A DNA stretch of 63,593 bases, the filler included, from Octopus bimaculoides (lineage: Eukaryota), in NCBI RefSeq assembly GCF_001194135.2. It is 6 parts of 6 records of this genome, joined end to end, with 100 filler letters (N's around TTAATTAATTAA, not from the genome) between each part and the next. Parts side by side here need not be neighbours in the genome. Positions count along the whole stretch, not along the records: positions 27,001 to 53,453 come from NC_068985.1; positions 53,554 to 61,606 come from NC_068996.1; positions 61,707 to 63,593 come from NC_068984.1; 3 more parts are not named here. One strand, 5' to 3'. The translations under genes and the position numbers were made by a program. The notes beneath the pieces were generated by a model that ran no database searches, was not told where the DNA came from, and saw only the letters and a list, made by a program, of their open reading frames with translations. This document shows, piece by piece, positions 49,201 to 63,593 of this stretch (position 1 is its first letter; each line of letters starts with the position of its first letter).

Positions 49201-49539
49201 TTAGTTGATACCATTGATCACAGTTATTGACTTGTATATAGTATTGTCGACCCCCGCGGGACGAAAAATAAAGTAGAGATTTAGAGGATATAGTACCAGA
49301 GCGTAAATAACCCGAGAAAACCCTTCAAACAATTCTTGGACATTGTAACGATTCTGCCCCATCCGTAACAGTTTTTCAATTAGAAACAAGAGGACCTTTT
49401 TGTAGTGAAGTAAATAGCTGATGCAATTATCCCCCCATACTTCACGGGAATTTGTCTTTTCGCCACCGGTTGAATGAAGAGAAATGTGGACCTCGGCGGG
49501 AAATCAAATGTGAAGATCTTGAAAAATGCTTTAAAGCGC

Positions 49540-49812
49540 AGGAGTGGCTGTGTGGTAAGTAGCTTGCTTAACAACCACATTGTTCCGGGTTCAGTCCAAC
49601 TGCATGGCATCTTGGGCAAGTGTCTTCTCCTATAGCCTCGGACAGACCAAAGCCTTGTGAGTGGATTTGGTAGATGGAAGCTGAAAGAAGGCCGTCGTAT
49701 ATATATATATATAGGCGTGATTGTGTGTCTGTGTTTGTCCCCATAGCATTGCTCGACTAAAGGCTGTGCTCCAGCATGGCCGCAATCGTATGACTGAAAC
49801 AAGTAAATAAGT
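49540..49812 (+). mobile_element. tRNA-derived SINE, family A, internally deleted
   Basis: Family A head and tail present, central tail segment missing. Confidence 0.8.
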
Positions 49813-51409
49813 AATTAAGCAATTTCTTTCTTCTCCGAAATTTCTTTTTTTCTGCGGGTCAACACTATGTCCACAAAGTTCTTTAATTGTATCATCCCAG
49901 AAAGAATGAAATGCAAGATCGATATCCGCGGAATATTAGTGCCGTTCATAAAGAGTCGGAAGTATATATAGTTAAGTTGTTTCTTTAAATAATGAAACAA
50001 GTTGACTGTCGCTACTGAAAATGCACTTCTTAACACGAAACATTTTAACCCTTATTCTTGTTGTGTGGTTATTGTTGCAAAACACGTAAACTAATAACAA
50101 CATAACTTATGCAAATGAATGCAATATATAAAAAACAAAAACTTCAGAATTTCCGAATGTGATGCATTTAAACATAAAGTTGCAAAGAGAAGTTAACTGG
50201 ATGTGATGCTCCATCGGTTACGACGACGCGTTTTCTAGTTAATCTGATCGAAGAAACAGTCGATTCGTAAAATTAAGGTTTAATATTATTGTAGTTCTCG
50301 AAGAGATTAAGTGTGACAGAGAATGTGAGGAGACAGGCTGTTTATAATATATGTACAACTCATTTTTTTCCAGATTAGTGGATACGGGCAACGTGAACTA
50401 AAGTGGCTTCATAAGGGATACAACGCGGTATCGAACTCATGATTTTACAATCATGAGCCAAATACCCTTAACCATTATGCGAAGTTTCATCACATAGAAC
50501 TCATTTGAGAATACATAACACATAACGCCCTTAGAAAGAATAAATGTAAAGTATATAACGTGTGTGCCACTGTTTAGTGTACAAATCTTATTTCAAGTTA
50601 ATTTCATCCCTTCCGTATTTCGACTTTCTTACTCTAATCGCTTGTTCAGTTTATTACCGATTAACTCATTGTTGAAGCAACAGAATATCTTCGTTCCCAG
50701 TAGCAATGTACGGAATTAAGATTTAATATAAGAATCAAGTTCTAACGCATTGTGACACCGTATACTATGCACTACCTCCACGGAATATGGATAAGTTATT
50801 ATTAAAAGCTAAGTTATTTTAAGCATAATTAATATTAATAAATATGCATTTCTAAAGACCAGGTTTGAAACTGTATGATCAAAAATACTGTTTTTAACTA
50901 AATATCTTCTCTACTATGTATGAATTATTCATATTTGCTGGAGTTTATGCTTGAATGTACATCGTGCTATGTTATACATTAGTAGTAATACTTCTCTTAA
51001 ATCTGAGCTAAATATAATCTTTCATGATTCGCATGATTTAATTTTGCTGTGCGAACAGATTTTCACAATAGACTATAGTGAAATATTTTAATGCCTGTTT
51101 TGCATAAAATAATCAAACAAACAGTTATGGGTGTGGAATGGGTGTGAAGTTAACTATGGAATCTAATGGTTTCGGATTCGATCTTAATGAGCAACATGTT
51201 TGGCGTGTGATTCCCTCAAAAGCGTCGAGTTTCCGAGTTGACTAACTCCAAGTAAATGAAATTCGGTACGCTTTTCATACAGATGGATAGATTACACAAT
51301 GACGCACATACTAACTGGTACACTGACACAAGGATACGCACACACATACATAAACGCACACACATACATAAATGCACATACATACATACATACATGTTAC
51401 CGAGCTTGA

Positions 51410-51990
51410 TCATTCCTTCGTGGTAGGTATCACGATCGCTACTTATATTCTCAGTTCGATGTTGTAGGCACTGAGCAGTCCCTCTCTTTACACTGTATGG
51501 ATGGTCGGAATTGAAGTTAAGGTATCATCCAGAGAAGGTCGGCTTGCAGTATACGGATGTCCTGAATCCATACTTGGTGCGTGTTATTAATACGTCCAAG
51601 AATGCTAGCTATATGGATGGCTTTATTGAGTTCACATGATTTAACAGCACTTGGACATCTAACTGGTGAAACCAGAGTATAAAGGTGTCATCAAGATTTC
51701 GCAGCCATAGGGTTGGTTTAGTTGTGTTGATCCTAAAGCCAAATTCTCAAAGTATTCCATGTATATATTAGTTAATATCAGTGATAATGGCGAACACATA
51801 GCTATAACCTCCTCTTGTCGATATGTATCAGTTTCCATATTGAAGTAGATAGTTTCTACACAGAAGGTTACCATTTCCAAAACTGCGTGTACAAACATCC
51901 CCTGCAGCTGTGGGTATATCAGCCGAAACGAAACATCCTCCAAATGTAAATAATGTCCATAATTACTCATCTCTTACATGTAGAACTGAT
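51410..51990 (-). mobile_element. Penelope-like element RT fragment
   Basis: YFNMETDTYRQEEVIAMCSPLSLILTNIYMEYFE resembles the PLE RT motif G.AMGSPLSP.LANIYME. Shares about 150 bp with 41870-42030. Confidence 0.82.
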
Positions 51991-53553
51991 TTCATAGATA
52001 TATTCCACCATAAATGTAAAACTGTGTGTATCCATGTCTGTGTTTATATTTGCGCAACTCGGAGAACTAGTGCATGTATATTTTTTTTTTATTTATGAGC
52101 GTGAAGTAGTAGTAGTTCTAGAATTAGATTTCGATTATATAAGTAACAATCTAAAATGCGTAGTGGCTTGAATGCAGTTCTCTAGCACTGTATTCAAACC
52201 TATTCTTCCTTTTCATTGCTTGAACAAATGCGACAGAAAAAACAAATGCAAGAAAAAATTTTAATGTTATGCCTACACTGAGTTTGGGCAATATGATTTC
52301 CATCTCAAACGAAAATCACGTGCATGATATACTTTATGGAATAAGGTGGTATCGTATGCTTGAATATCGCTTGAATTTTAAATTTTGAAAGAGCAGGTTG
52401 CAATTTGAAAACTATTAACATTCCTGTATTTTTTTTTACTTATTTGCAATATGTATTTTATAAGGAGTGTCTTCACTTTGTTTGCCAAGTAACTAGTATA
52501 TAGAGAATTTACTGAAAAATCCATTAAAAAATTTTTAAAATGGTATGAATTAATGTACTATTTTTGTTCTCCTGGTATACACAAATAAAATATAAATTTT
52601 CCACGTTTAAAGCTAGTTAGTATATTCCACCTCACGTAGTCCAAAATAACTCACCTTGACAGTGCAGCAAGCAAATACAAGAGGAACACAAATAAAAATA
52701 ATATTAATAATAAAGTTGCTCTCGCTTTCGCTGTATTATTTAGCAACCGATCAGCTGTTTGCCCTGTACTGTCAACTTAAATCTCTCTACACGTCAATTC
52801 TATTTTAAATTTTACTTCCCCTTTCTTCTTATTTTATATAATAGTTTGAATTTATTTCTGTCACTCATTCCAACCTTACACTTTAAACGGCACCAGTCCT
52901 CTAATATACTCACCTACTCCATTTTCCTGCCTTTTCTAGCTTGACAGCCAATCAATTATATAATCATAAAGCTGAGACATTCGTATTGGCTTTTGCGCAC
53001 CTACTTTTTAAATATGCGCTGCGTATATTACTCCATGATAAACGAATCTAGCTCCTGTTTTCTTAGTTTTATGAACCATCTACTAGTGCCTGCATCTATT
53101 ATTTTCACTTACAATCTTACACTACCGGATTTTATAGCTCTTATTTGGTAATCTTATATAATTATATATACATACATATATCTTTCAAACAGATTATTTT
53201 ATTCATTATTTTGACTTCTCTGTACCGCTCTATATCATTCATTCTCTCTTCTCTCTACACTTGTAGTAAAATATGTTGAGCTATCAAATATTTTAAAATT
53301 ACAAATGTTAAACTATGAGTGTCAGGACTTAGAATTTTAATATTTAAGTGTAACGTTTTCTTCCACTATATAACAGAAGATAGGGACATAATGGTAAAAT
53401 CATTAACTGGGCTTAGAAGTCTACCGAGAATCTTGCCTGCTGTTTATATATATNNNNNNNNNNNNNNNNNNNNNNNNNNNNNNNNNNNNNNNNNNNNTTA
53501 ATTAATTAANNNNNNNNNNNNNNNNNNNNNNNNNNNNNNNNNNNNNNNNNNNN

Positions 53554-53615
<62 letters not shown>

Positions 53616-53658
53616 ATTATTATTATTATTATTACTATTATTGTTATTATTATTTTTA

Positions 53659-53714
<56 letters not shown>

Positions 53715-53759
53715 GTTATTTCCATTATCATCTTCTTTCAATTCTGTTTCCATTTCTTG

Positions 53760-55010
53760 TCGAATGTCTTCCTGACATCTAGGGCAAAGAAAAGCACTGT
53801 ATAAACTGGTAGACCCTTAAAATAAATTTACCAGATTGTTCATCTATAAAGTTATGTAATAGAGGAAAAGGGGGAGAAAGACAAAGAGAAAAATGAAAAT
53901 AGAAAATAACAAACTAAATAAAGAAAATAAAGAGGAAAATAGAAAGAAAATTCACAGCGACAATGCTCTTCCTAGTACGTGTGACGTTACCAGTTAAAAC
54001 AATCTTTTGCACTTCCTTCATGGATGGTAAGCCAGGGATCATTCTTAAATAATTTTCACTTCCTTTTTCGATCATTCCAAGTCCCACTACAATCACTGGT
54101 ATTGCAACCATCTTGAGATGCCACATTATTTCGCTTTCGATTAGCAAATCTATATATTTTCTGAGCTTATCAAATTCTTTTGCCGAGATATTATGGTCAC
54201 AGGGTGTGCTCATGTCAATCAATAAACACATTTTATTGTATTGGCCTTTCACAACCATATCTGGTTTATTTGCTTTGATGATCCGGTCTGTATATACTGG
54301 AATGTTCCAAAGAATCGTTACATCTTCCTCAGTTACAACCTCAGGGTGGGGCATGTACCATTTGCCAGCAGTTTTGATTTTATAATGCTGTCACATTATT
54401 CAATGTAGATATTGGCCAACTTTGTCATCTTTTGATTTGTATTGTTCAGGTGCCAGAACCTCACACTCAGAGATTAGGTGGTCCACTGTTTCAATCCAAT
54501 CTTTGCTGTATCGGTACTTTGGGTCTACACCATTTTTCATCACATTGGCTTGATTGTTCCGGGTCAATAAGCTCTGATCTTGAGCCGCTAAAATAAAGCC
54601 CTCACCCTCTACTTTTAGCCCTGAGATCCGTAGCCACTGATGGGTGTGCTTGTGGTCTACATCAGTTTGTTTGTTACAGGCCACTTTTTGTACCCACCTA
54701 TCAGCTAATTGTTCAAACGCATTTTGCTTTGCTATTGATTTCGCCTTCTTTGCAAGTAGTTGCAGCTCTTCCTTCATGCTGTTCAAACTGGGTATTATGC
54801 ATAAACTCACTAGCAAATTTTTTGATCTTCTTAATAATAGAACGAAGCTTTTTAGTTTATCGTGGTTTTCAACGAACTTTTGCATCCAGTCGTTAGATGT
54901 TTCATTATATTTGCTTTTATCCAATTGTAGTGTTTTTTTAGGAGATTTCAAATTGGATCAAACCTCGACTTCCTTCAGCTCTGGATAGGTAAAGACGATC
55001 TGCGTCTGCC
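53760..55010 (-). mobile_element. R4/Dong-like retrotransposon 3' portion
   Basis: EGEGFILAAQDQSLLTRN, a degenerate zinc knuckle and RLE ANKPDMVVK...CLLIDMS. The 3' end abuts (TAA)n at 53554-53740. Confidence 0.87.
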
Positions 55011-55368
55011 TTTCAGCAGTGCATCTTATTGCAGGTGTGCAGCTTACGGAGTTTCCTGTCAATCTTCCTTATTTCGCTCATATTCCAGTTCAAACCCTAA
55101 ATAGCAACCGGAACTGCTAAAGAGTTTATAGCTAGCAGCTATTTCACTCGGAATTTAGGACTACTCCAACTCTCCTGTAACATTCCTCCCCGATCTCTTT
55201 CATGCTTGCATGTTGAATGCCAGAGCCCTCATTTATTCTGAGGTAATTGTAAGTTTGTTCCTGCTCGAGTTCATTTATGACCGTGTCAACATCCAACACC
55301 ATTCAATGTGAAGTCATCAATTTCCCTTTCTGGAAAGTGGCCTTGGAAAGGAAAATTGTTGTTGTTGC

Positions 55369-55507
<139 letters not shown>

Positions 55508-55559
55508 CATTATTATTATTTTCATATACACACAACAGATTAGACTGTTGGAAAAGAAA

Positions 55560-58500
55560 AGAAATCCTAACATCGGACTACAACAAGTAAACTTAGAGGC
55601 CAAGAACCTTCCTAAGTATCCAAGTTGAACGTAATAACTCTGTTTTCTGCAGCTGTACTAAACTGGTTTTTATGCCTATTTCCTCCATCCATCTGTTCAA
55701 ATCTTTAGGGATATTTCCCAGTGCACATATAGCTACTGGGGTATATTTTACCCACACTTTCTATAGCCTCTTTAATTCAATGACTTGCTCCTGATAATTT
55801 GCTATTTTTTCTATACTTCTCATATTGATTTTTTCATCATTTGTGTCTGTAAAGTCAATTATCTGGCACTTTCTATTCTCTTTATCAGGCCTTCTAGTTT
55901 CTATTACTCTGTCAGTCTCAGTGTTAAAATCTCACAACATCTTATATTTCTTACTTTCTAAAACTTTACTAGGTTCATGTTCATACCATTTATCAGTATA
56001 TTCAAATCCTAGCTTTCTACATAACTCCCAGTGGATTAATCTCCCTAGATTGTCATGGCCTTTCTTGTATTCTTTCTCTGCCAGCATGCTACATTCACTT
56101 ACTATTGGAGTAACGCTTTCCTCTTTTGATTTGCATAACCTACATTGGGAATCTACTTGGTTTGGTTTTTGTCTACCTTGGCTTTTATCCAATTAGTCCT
56201 TATCGCTGGATCTTATGCAGCTACTAACAAAGTTTCTGTCTCTCTTTTCAGCTTTCATTTCTGCAACCATAACCATGTCTCACTACTACTATTTACTGCA
56301 ACTATCTTTGGGAATCTACCATGTAATGCCCTCTCCTGTCAGTCAGATAATTTCTGGTTTTTCTTTTGGTTTTTAACTTCGCTTGGCTTTTTGTTTCCCT
56401 ATGTCATGCTGTGACTGTAGCAGCTTTTAGTAAACTTTCTTCACTATTACCTACATAGTAGAAGTCTATATCTACTCTAGCTAACTTCACGCAGTGTTCT
56501 ACTGATATTAACCCTCTTCCACCTTACTTTCTAGGTAAGTATAATCTTGCTACTCCTGCCCTTGGGTGAAATCCTCCATTCACATTGAATTCCTTCCTAG
56601 TTCTTCTGTCTTGCTTTGCTAATTCAGTTTTTGTCCAATCTATAAAAGCTGCTGAGTATCTAAGTAATGACACCGCCCAAGTATTTACAACCTTCACTTG
56701 ATTCGGATCATTTAGCTTTGACTTCATTAGCTTCCTCACCTTTCTGATGTACTCTTTCACAATTTTCATTTCTGTAGTTAGTNNNNNNNNNNGAAAGCAT
56801 TTTTTTCTTCATGATCCCCTCCAGCTAACTCCACGCAGTCTTCCACTGATATTAACCCTCTTCCGTCTTCCTTTCTAGATAAGTATAATCTTGCTACTCT
56901 TCTCTTTGGGTGGATTGTACCATTCATAATGAATTCCTTCCTAGTTCTTCTGTCTTGCTTTGCTAATTCAGTTTTTGTCCAATCTATAAAAGCTGCTGAG
57001 TATCTAAGTAATGACACCGCCCAAGTATTTACAACCTTCACTTGATTCGGATCATTTAGCTTTGACTTCATTAGCTTCCTCACCTTTCTGATGTACTCTT
57101 TCACAATTTTCATTTCTGTAGTTAGTACTGTGTCAGAATCTAATACTCTTAGATATTTATAACTCTCTCCTCCTTTCAGTGATTTTAAAGTCTAAACATC
57201 TGGTAATTGGATGCCTTCGCTGTTGACTACCTGTCCCCTTCACATGACTAATATTGCACACTTATCTCTTCCAAATTCTATGCCTATATCTTTGCTGAAG
57301 AGTCTTACAGACTGTATTAAAGAATCTATCCCTTTTCCACTCTTACCAAAAAACTTCAGATCATCGATGTACAGAAAATGGTTAATTTTTTTCCATTACT
57401 ATTTCTGAACTGATACCCTTCCCTTGCCTTCCTTAATACTAAACTGAAGAGGATCAAATATAAGACAAATATTAAAGGGGACAACGAGTCCCCTTGGAAA
57501 ATTCTTCTTTTGATATTTACTTTCCCTAAGAGTATGTCACCTGAGTAAAGATCTACTTTCCATTTCTTCATGCTAAAGCTAATCAATTCTCTTATGTTGT
57601 CTGCTATACTGAATATACTCAGACATTCACTTATCCATGAGTGTGGGATCATGTCATAGGCTTTCCTATAATCTATCCATGCTATTGTTAGATTTTTCTT
57701 TCTAGCTTTTACTTCATTTAGAACCACTTTGTCTATATATAATCGATCAAGCGTTCATCTAGCCTTCTTCCTGCAACCTTTNNNNNNNNNNNNNNNNNNN
57801 NNNNNNNNNNNNNNNNNNNNNNNNNNNNNNNNNNNNNNNNNNNNNNNNNNNNNNNNNNNNNNNNNNNNNNNNNNNNNNNNNNNNNNNNNNNNNNNNNNNN
57901 NNNNNNNNNNNNNNNNNNNNNNNNNNNNNNNNNNNNNNNNNNNNNNNNNNNNNNNNNNNNNNNNNNNNNNNNNNNNNNNNNNNNNNNNNNNNNNNNNNNN
58001 NNNNNNNNNNNNNNNNNNNNNNNNNNNNNNNNNNNNNNNNNNNNNNNNNNNNNNNNNNNNNNNNNNNNNNNNNNNNNNNNNNNNNNNNNNNNNNNNNNNN
58101 NNNNNNNNNNNNNNNNNNNNNNNNNNNNNNNNNNNNNNNNNNNNNNNNNNNNNNNNNNNNNNNNNNNNNNNNNNNNNNNNNNNNNNNNNNNNNNNNNNNN
58201 NNNNNNNNNNNNNNNNNNNNNNNNNNNNNNNNNNNNNNNNNNNNNNNNNNNNNNNNNNNNNNNNNNNNNNNNNNNNNNNNNNNNNNNNNNNNNNNNNNNN
58301 NNNNNNNNNNNNNNNNNNNNNNNNNNNNNNNNNNNNNNNNNNNNNNNNNNNNATTAATGTACTAGCTAGTCATAGATCTGGCTGCTTCTCACTTACTATC
58401 TAGTTCCTCACTTTCTTTAACCATACATTATTACAGACTGATTTGACCCAAATATTACTCCAGAACTTTCTACCTTCTTCTTCTTTAGGTTACTCATCTT

Positions 58501-59340
58501 CAGTACTTCGTTCTCCACTATTCATTTGGTTTTAAAATTTCCTCTGGTCTGTTTCAAATGATCTATTCTGTTGAAACCGAGCTATTCTTTTCTGATACCT
58601 GGACAGCTTGCCTGCGACTGCTATGATACGCTGTTTCAACTCTTCAATTACTCTCCCAAATCCTTTCTCTTTGACTAAGAATCTTTTCTCAGGGGAAGAT
58701 TTGCATCTTGTGTTTCCTAACTTCTTCAGTTTCCATGCTTCTATTCTATTCAGATCTTGTCTTAAAGCCTTCACTTTATTTTGTAGTTTTCTTTTCCGCA
58801 TTTTCTCTTTTTCAATCTTTCCCTATGAGATATCTAACGTTCTGGTGACTACTATCCCTTCTGCATAGATCAATAAATTAGTGTCTCCTATATATTTAGT
58901 ATATATCCTGCTGATGACAGAATCTACTTCCCTAATCATTTCTATCAGTTCCATTCTGTTGATGTCTTTTAATGTTGGTAATCATTTTCTTATTTCTTTA
59001 CTCAGTACTTCCTGAAACTCATCTAAAATCTTCTGATTTTCCTCACTTAATTCACGGGTGCTAGTTGTCGCTTTCTTATTGGGAGCGCTATTATTATCAT
59101 TATTATTATTATTATTATTTCCTTCCAGTTCTTCTTTGATTTGAGCTGTATCTTTTATGTTGTTGTTTGTCTTTCCTACTGCCAGGTCTTTCTCTTCCAG
59201 TTTTCGTGATCTCTTCTACCTCCAATCCTTCTGCCTCCAATCTCTTCTACCTTCAATCCACTTTCTTCTCCTAATAGCATTAGCTTGATCTACTAATCTC
59301 TAATAGTATTAGCTTGATCTACTAACGTCACTTTAAGCAT
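55560..59340 (-). mobile_element. R4/Dong-like retrotransposon, largest copy, frameshifted and gapped
   Basis: RT motifs WIDYRKAYDMIPHSW, IFQGDSLSPLIF and LYIDDLK. CRLCKSKEESV knuckle, then RLE. The 3' end lies next to (TAA)n at ~55365-55520. Confidence 0.9.
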
Positions 59341-61214
59341 ACGCTTCTCTACCCAAACTNNNNNNNNNNNNNNNNNNNNNNNNNNNNNNNNNNNNNNNNN
59401 NNNNNNNNNNNNNNNNNNNNNNNNNNNNNNNNNNNNNNNNNNNNNNNNNNNNNNNNNNNNNNNNNNNNNNNNNNNNNNNNNNNNNNNNNNNNNNNNNNNN
59501 NNNNNNNNNNNNNNNNNNNNNNNNNNNNNNNNNNNNNNNNNNNNNNNNNNNNNNNNGTTCACTTTCTAAGTAACACATCACAAACCTGTTTTCTTCTCAC
59601 TCAATTATCTGCTGATGTTGTCTTAGGATAACAACTGTGGTCAGTCTGCATCTTTACTGAACTACTGCCAAGTGAGAGGCCTTCCCTTAAATGTCCAGCT
59701 TCACTTTCGCTGTTACAGCCAGAGTTTCTTCGAAAACTCATGTCTCTCAGAAAGTGAGGTAAGGTAAATCCCGTCACCACCGTCATTACCACTATTATTT
59801 TTCGACATCTGATAAGTTCATGCAACTTTCTATTGCGTCATTGTGTCACCTTTGTGCTGATGGAGTGGTGTGTGCTGCATCTTTTGCGGAGGGGATATTG
59901 TATTGCATCAATAGGTTTTGTTATGGGGTTTGGTTTGAGTCTTCTGTTGCATTAGATGTGTTCTTCTGTCGGGGATCGGCATTCTATTGCATTTTTGTGG
60001 GCGTTTTTCATTTTGTTGGGTTTATTTTGTATCAGTTTATACGTGTATGCTTTTGGATGAGTGTGCATAGTAGTCTGTGTAAACCACAATTCAACTGTGT
60101 AAATCATAAATCAACTGTTTCATAGTGTTATCTGTCCACCGTTCTTTCTTTTTTGGCTGGTTTTGTTATGGGTTTATTTTTACAGCGTTTACTTTTTTAA
60201 CTTAACACCACCCTTGGGCACGTGTTGCTGTTCCTTCGTAGTTATAATTATTGATGTATCAGCGAGAGACCGAGAAGAAACATCAATGGGCATATATATG
60301 GAGGTCGTGTGTAAATATGGATATATATGTTAAGCTCAATTAAAAATGTATTTGTTGAATTAAGACTTTAAAATGTACCCGCAGGCTTGCAGTTTTCCTA
60401 TAGAAATCTTACAGTGTTTACATTTCCATGCACATCTTACTGTCGAAGGGGAAGCTACTTTTTCTATATATATATTCCCTATACGAAAATCTTTCAGCTT
60501 CCTGAGTTGGTTTCCATTAAGACATAGTTTTCCTTCATTGTTTTTGTAGGTTCTTAATTCCTGCTTCGTGACGGTCTCTGATTTGATATATCTTTCTGGC
60601 AGCTCGCTGTCACACGTCCATGCGGTATTATTACTATCATTATTATCATTATTATTGTTGAGTGACAGAGGGGCGCATACCATCAAAGTGAAGCCCAATA
60701 TACCCATCATGACTGCCCGTCTGGTAAGGGTACACCAGGCACATGCATCGTAATCATATGTACACGACATGGTGATCTCATATCAAGATAAACAGCACAT
60801 GACCGCGCAGGTGGGGCTCAGTTAGAATTTTCTTCAGGTTAAGTAAAGGTCCTTGAATAAAAGTTGTTTAAATATGTTAAATGAAACACTCATGTTTCCA
60901 GAGGTTAATTTTCCAAACCCCAAAGAATTCCTCTCAACACATGGCTATGATGCTCCCCCACTACTTCTGCTCGTGATCAGAGATGCACATATCGCCAGCT
61001 ACTAAGGGTCATGCTCAACTGGTTATGGTCAAACAACTGACAAACAAATCTGTGGTATTGAGCAGAATATTTGCTGTAGCCCATCTTTTGTACCACGACA
61101 AAACAATGTACATGATAACCACTTCCAATCAATTAACATCAGAAACCATGGAAGCCATTGCCTGGTATTGCATTAGGGCATTATTTATTTATTCATTCAT
61201 TTATTATTATTATT

Positions 61215-61606
61215 ATTGTTCAGTAGTTTTATTTTTATAACGTGCATTCACTTCACTACCGAGCGCAGCTCTGTGCGCCTTGGGTATGTGCTGTGGTTTG
61301 CTGTGGTGCTCTTATGTTTACTGTATTGAAAGTGTTTTGCGTAGAATGTGTGCAGTACCCAGTAGTGCAATTTTCTGTATGTTATATATATTTGTAAGTC
61401 CTGGTGTTTTTGTTATGTATTTGTCTGAATATTTTTTTTATTATACTTAAGGCACCTACTATGATAGGAATTGTTTCTGTTTTTAGATTCCACATTCGAG
61501 TTATCTCTATTTCCAGGTCTTTGTATTTTGAAAGTTTTTCCATTTCTTTTCGAGAAACGTTGTCATCTGCTGGTATTGATACATCAATTAGAAAGCATTT
61601 TTTTCT
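61215..61606 (-). mobile_element. R4/Dong-like RLE 3' fragment
   Basis: KKCFLIDVSIPADDNVSRKEMEKLSKYKDLEIEITRMW...QKIALLGTAHILRKTL. The 3' end is at a short (TAA)n tract. Confidence 0.85.
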
Positions 61607-62056
61607 NNNNNNNNNNNNNNNNNNNNNNNNNNNNNNNNNNNNNNNNNNNNTTAATTAATTAANNNNNNNNNNNNNNNNNNNNNNNNNNNNNNNNNNNNNN
61701 NNNNNNGGTTGAGACTAATTGGGGGGGAAGCTCAGCTCTGGAATGTTGTAGAAACAACAGCGATTCCTCGACAAAAACAGAAAGAGGAACTACTAAAACG
61801 TTGCTAGCTTAGTAGTCATGGCATAAATAGGACTAATAGCATCGTTCGGCGTTCTTTCGGTATTGGTCTACAGAGTGTCGGTGTGAGGAGACCGATGTCG
61901 TTCACCCTTTCCTTCTTCGGTGTAGCCTCTTTATCTATGTCATGAGGGGAAGGTTGTGTGGATGAATGGTGTCGTGCGCCAATTGCGAAAGATTGTCAAT
62001 TATATTACTGGTACACTGTTGATGTTCTGCTTATGACTGTCGTTGTGTATTTCAAA

Positions 62057-62112
<56 letters not shown>

Positions 62113-62132
62113 CATCATTATCCTTATTACTA

Positions 62133-62194
<62 letters not shown>

Positions 62195-62825
62195 GAGGCA
62201 GCGAGCCGGCAGAGTTGTTAACACCCTCGACGAAATGTTTAGCAATATTTCGCACCTCGCTAAGTTCTGAATTCAAATTCCACCGAGGTCGACTTACACT
62301 TTCATCCTTTCTGGGTCAATAGATTAAGTACCAGTTACATACTGGGGTCGATCTAATCGACTGCCCCCTCCCCTCAAATTTCAGGCCTTGTGCCTACAAT
62401 AAAAATTATTATTATTATTATTATTATAATTATTATTATTATTATTATTATTATTAAGGCGGCGAGCTCGCAGAATCGTAGCACACCAGACGAAATGTTT
62501 AGTGGCATTTCGCCTGTCACTACGTTCTGAGTTCAAAATTCAACCGAGGTTGACTTTGTCTTTTATCCTTTCGGAACCGATAAATTAAGTACCAGTGAAA
62601 AACTGGGGTCGATGTAATCGACTTAATCCCCTCCACCACAATGGCTGGCTGCACTTGTGGCAAAATTTGAAACCATTACTATCATTATTATTATTGACGA
62701 ACTTTCCTACCTTTTCGGACAAAACCTCTTGTAACCTTCGTCCTGTCTTTGTCCTTATATGTTTTTAATTGATATTAGCCCTTGTGGCCAATAAAACGAA
62801 TTAATTATTATTATTATTATTATTG

Positions 62826-63128
62826 CCTTTTGCACAGCTTCTAACATTGGAGATGTACTACGAGTCAGCTGTTCATTACTAGTGAACGCCTCATATTTTC
62901 GAGCACCTTCTTGACTATTCGAGCGGTTCCAAGCAGTGCTGTTTTCTGCAAGTGTTACACCCTTATTGCAACCCCTATTTGTTCCACTGTTCCCAAGGCT
63001 CAGACAAATATTGGTACTACTATTACCTTTTTCATCGACCACAACTGCTTAACCTTCCAAGGTAAACTGTCATGTCCATTGACTTTTCTTTCTTCCGTAT
63101 CGCATACCCTGTTGTCAGCTGGGCATGC

Positions 63129-63129
<1 letters not shown>
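62826..63129 (-). mobile_element. Short 5'-truncated R4/Dong-like copy inside a (TAA)n microsatellite
   Basis: IACPADNRV...LQKTALLGTARIVKKVL, with (ATT)n on both sides (62803-62825 and 63130-63188). Confidence 0.8.
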
Positions 63130-63188
<59 letters not shown>

Positions 63189-63536
63189 GTGATTGTTTTG
63201 GAGAGACAAGAAACAACCAATAATTTTTTATGTTTATTTATTTTTATTTTTATTTTTACATTTTATTCAATACAGTCATTAGACTGCGGCCACGCAGGGT
63301 AATCATGTTGAAGTTTGATAACCATTCCATCGATATCCTTTGCTGAACCCCTCAGTTACTGGGAGGTACTCAAGCCAACATTCTCCTGAAACAGTAGGCT
63401 ACAAAGACAAAGACACTCGCACTCATACACTTATATATACACACATATATATGTTTATGCACAAACACACATATATATGTGTATACATATCTATATATGT
63501 GTGTGTGCTGTATATATGTGTATATCTATATCTATC

Positions 63537-63567
<31 letters not shown>

Positions 63568-63593
63568 CTATATATATATATATATATATATAT

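Noticed and set aside
56590-57127. Apparent tandem duplication inside the R4/Dong element
   Set aside because: About 190 identical bases lie on either side of a 10-N gap, with divergent sequence beyond. This is most likely an unmerged overlap or a chimera of paralogous copies.

Overview
AT-rich, microsatellite- and retroposon-dense animal genomic DNA. The repeat content suggests a coleoid cephalopod, probably Octopus (inference from recognised SINE-like families, not a database search). There are ten ordinary N gaps and five artificial 100-bp spacers (44N-TTAATTAATTAA-44N). One protein-coding gene is well supported. It lies on the minus strand, with 13 GT-AG exons between 14764 and 291 that splice into a single open frame of about 466 aa. 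The order is: galactose-binding-like module, F-type-lectin/F5-8C-like domain, MEGF-type EGF, transmembrane helix, juxtamembrane region, then the N-terminal half of a tyrosine phosphatase domain. This is a receptor-type PTP whose 3' end runs off the window start and whose first exon is unresolved. The best finding is a decayed antisense RTE LINE 3' fragment (11145-11425) inside the lectin-domain coding sequence. Its 13-bp target-site duplication contains AG|GT, so one copy supplies a donor and the other an acceptor, and splicing 11141-11434 restores the frame exactly. This is a candidate retrotransposon-derived intron gain. The PTP and lectin domains both lack several canonical motif residues. 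The rest of the window is mostly SINEs, R4/Dong-like RLE retrotransposons beside microsatellites, RTE and Penelope-like fragments (some with minimal hammerhead-like motifs), MITEs and simple repeats. Exon boundaries were read to the base; repeat boundaries are approximate.
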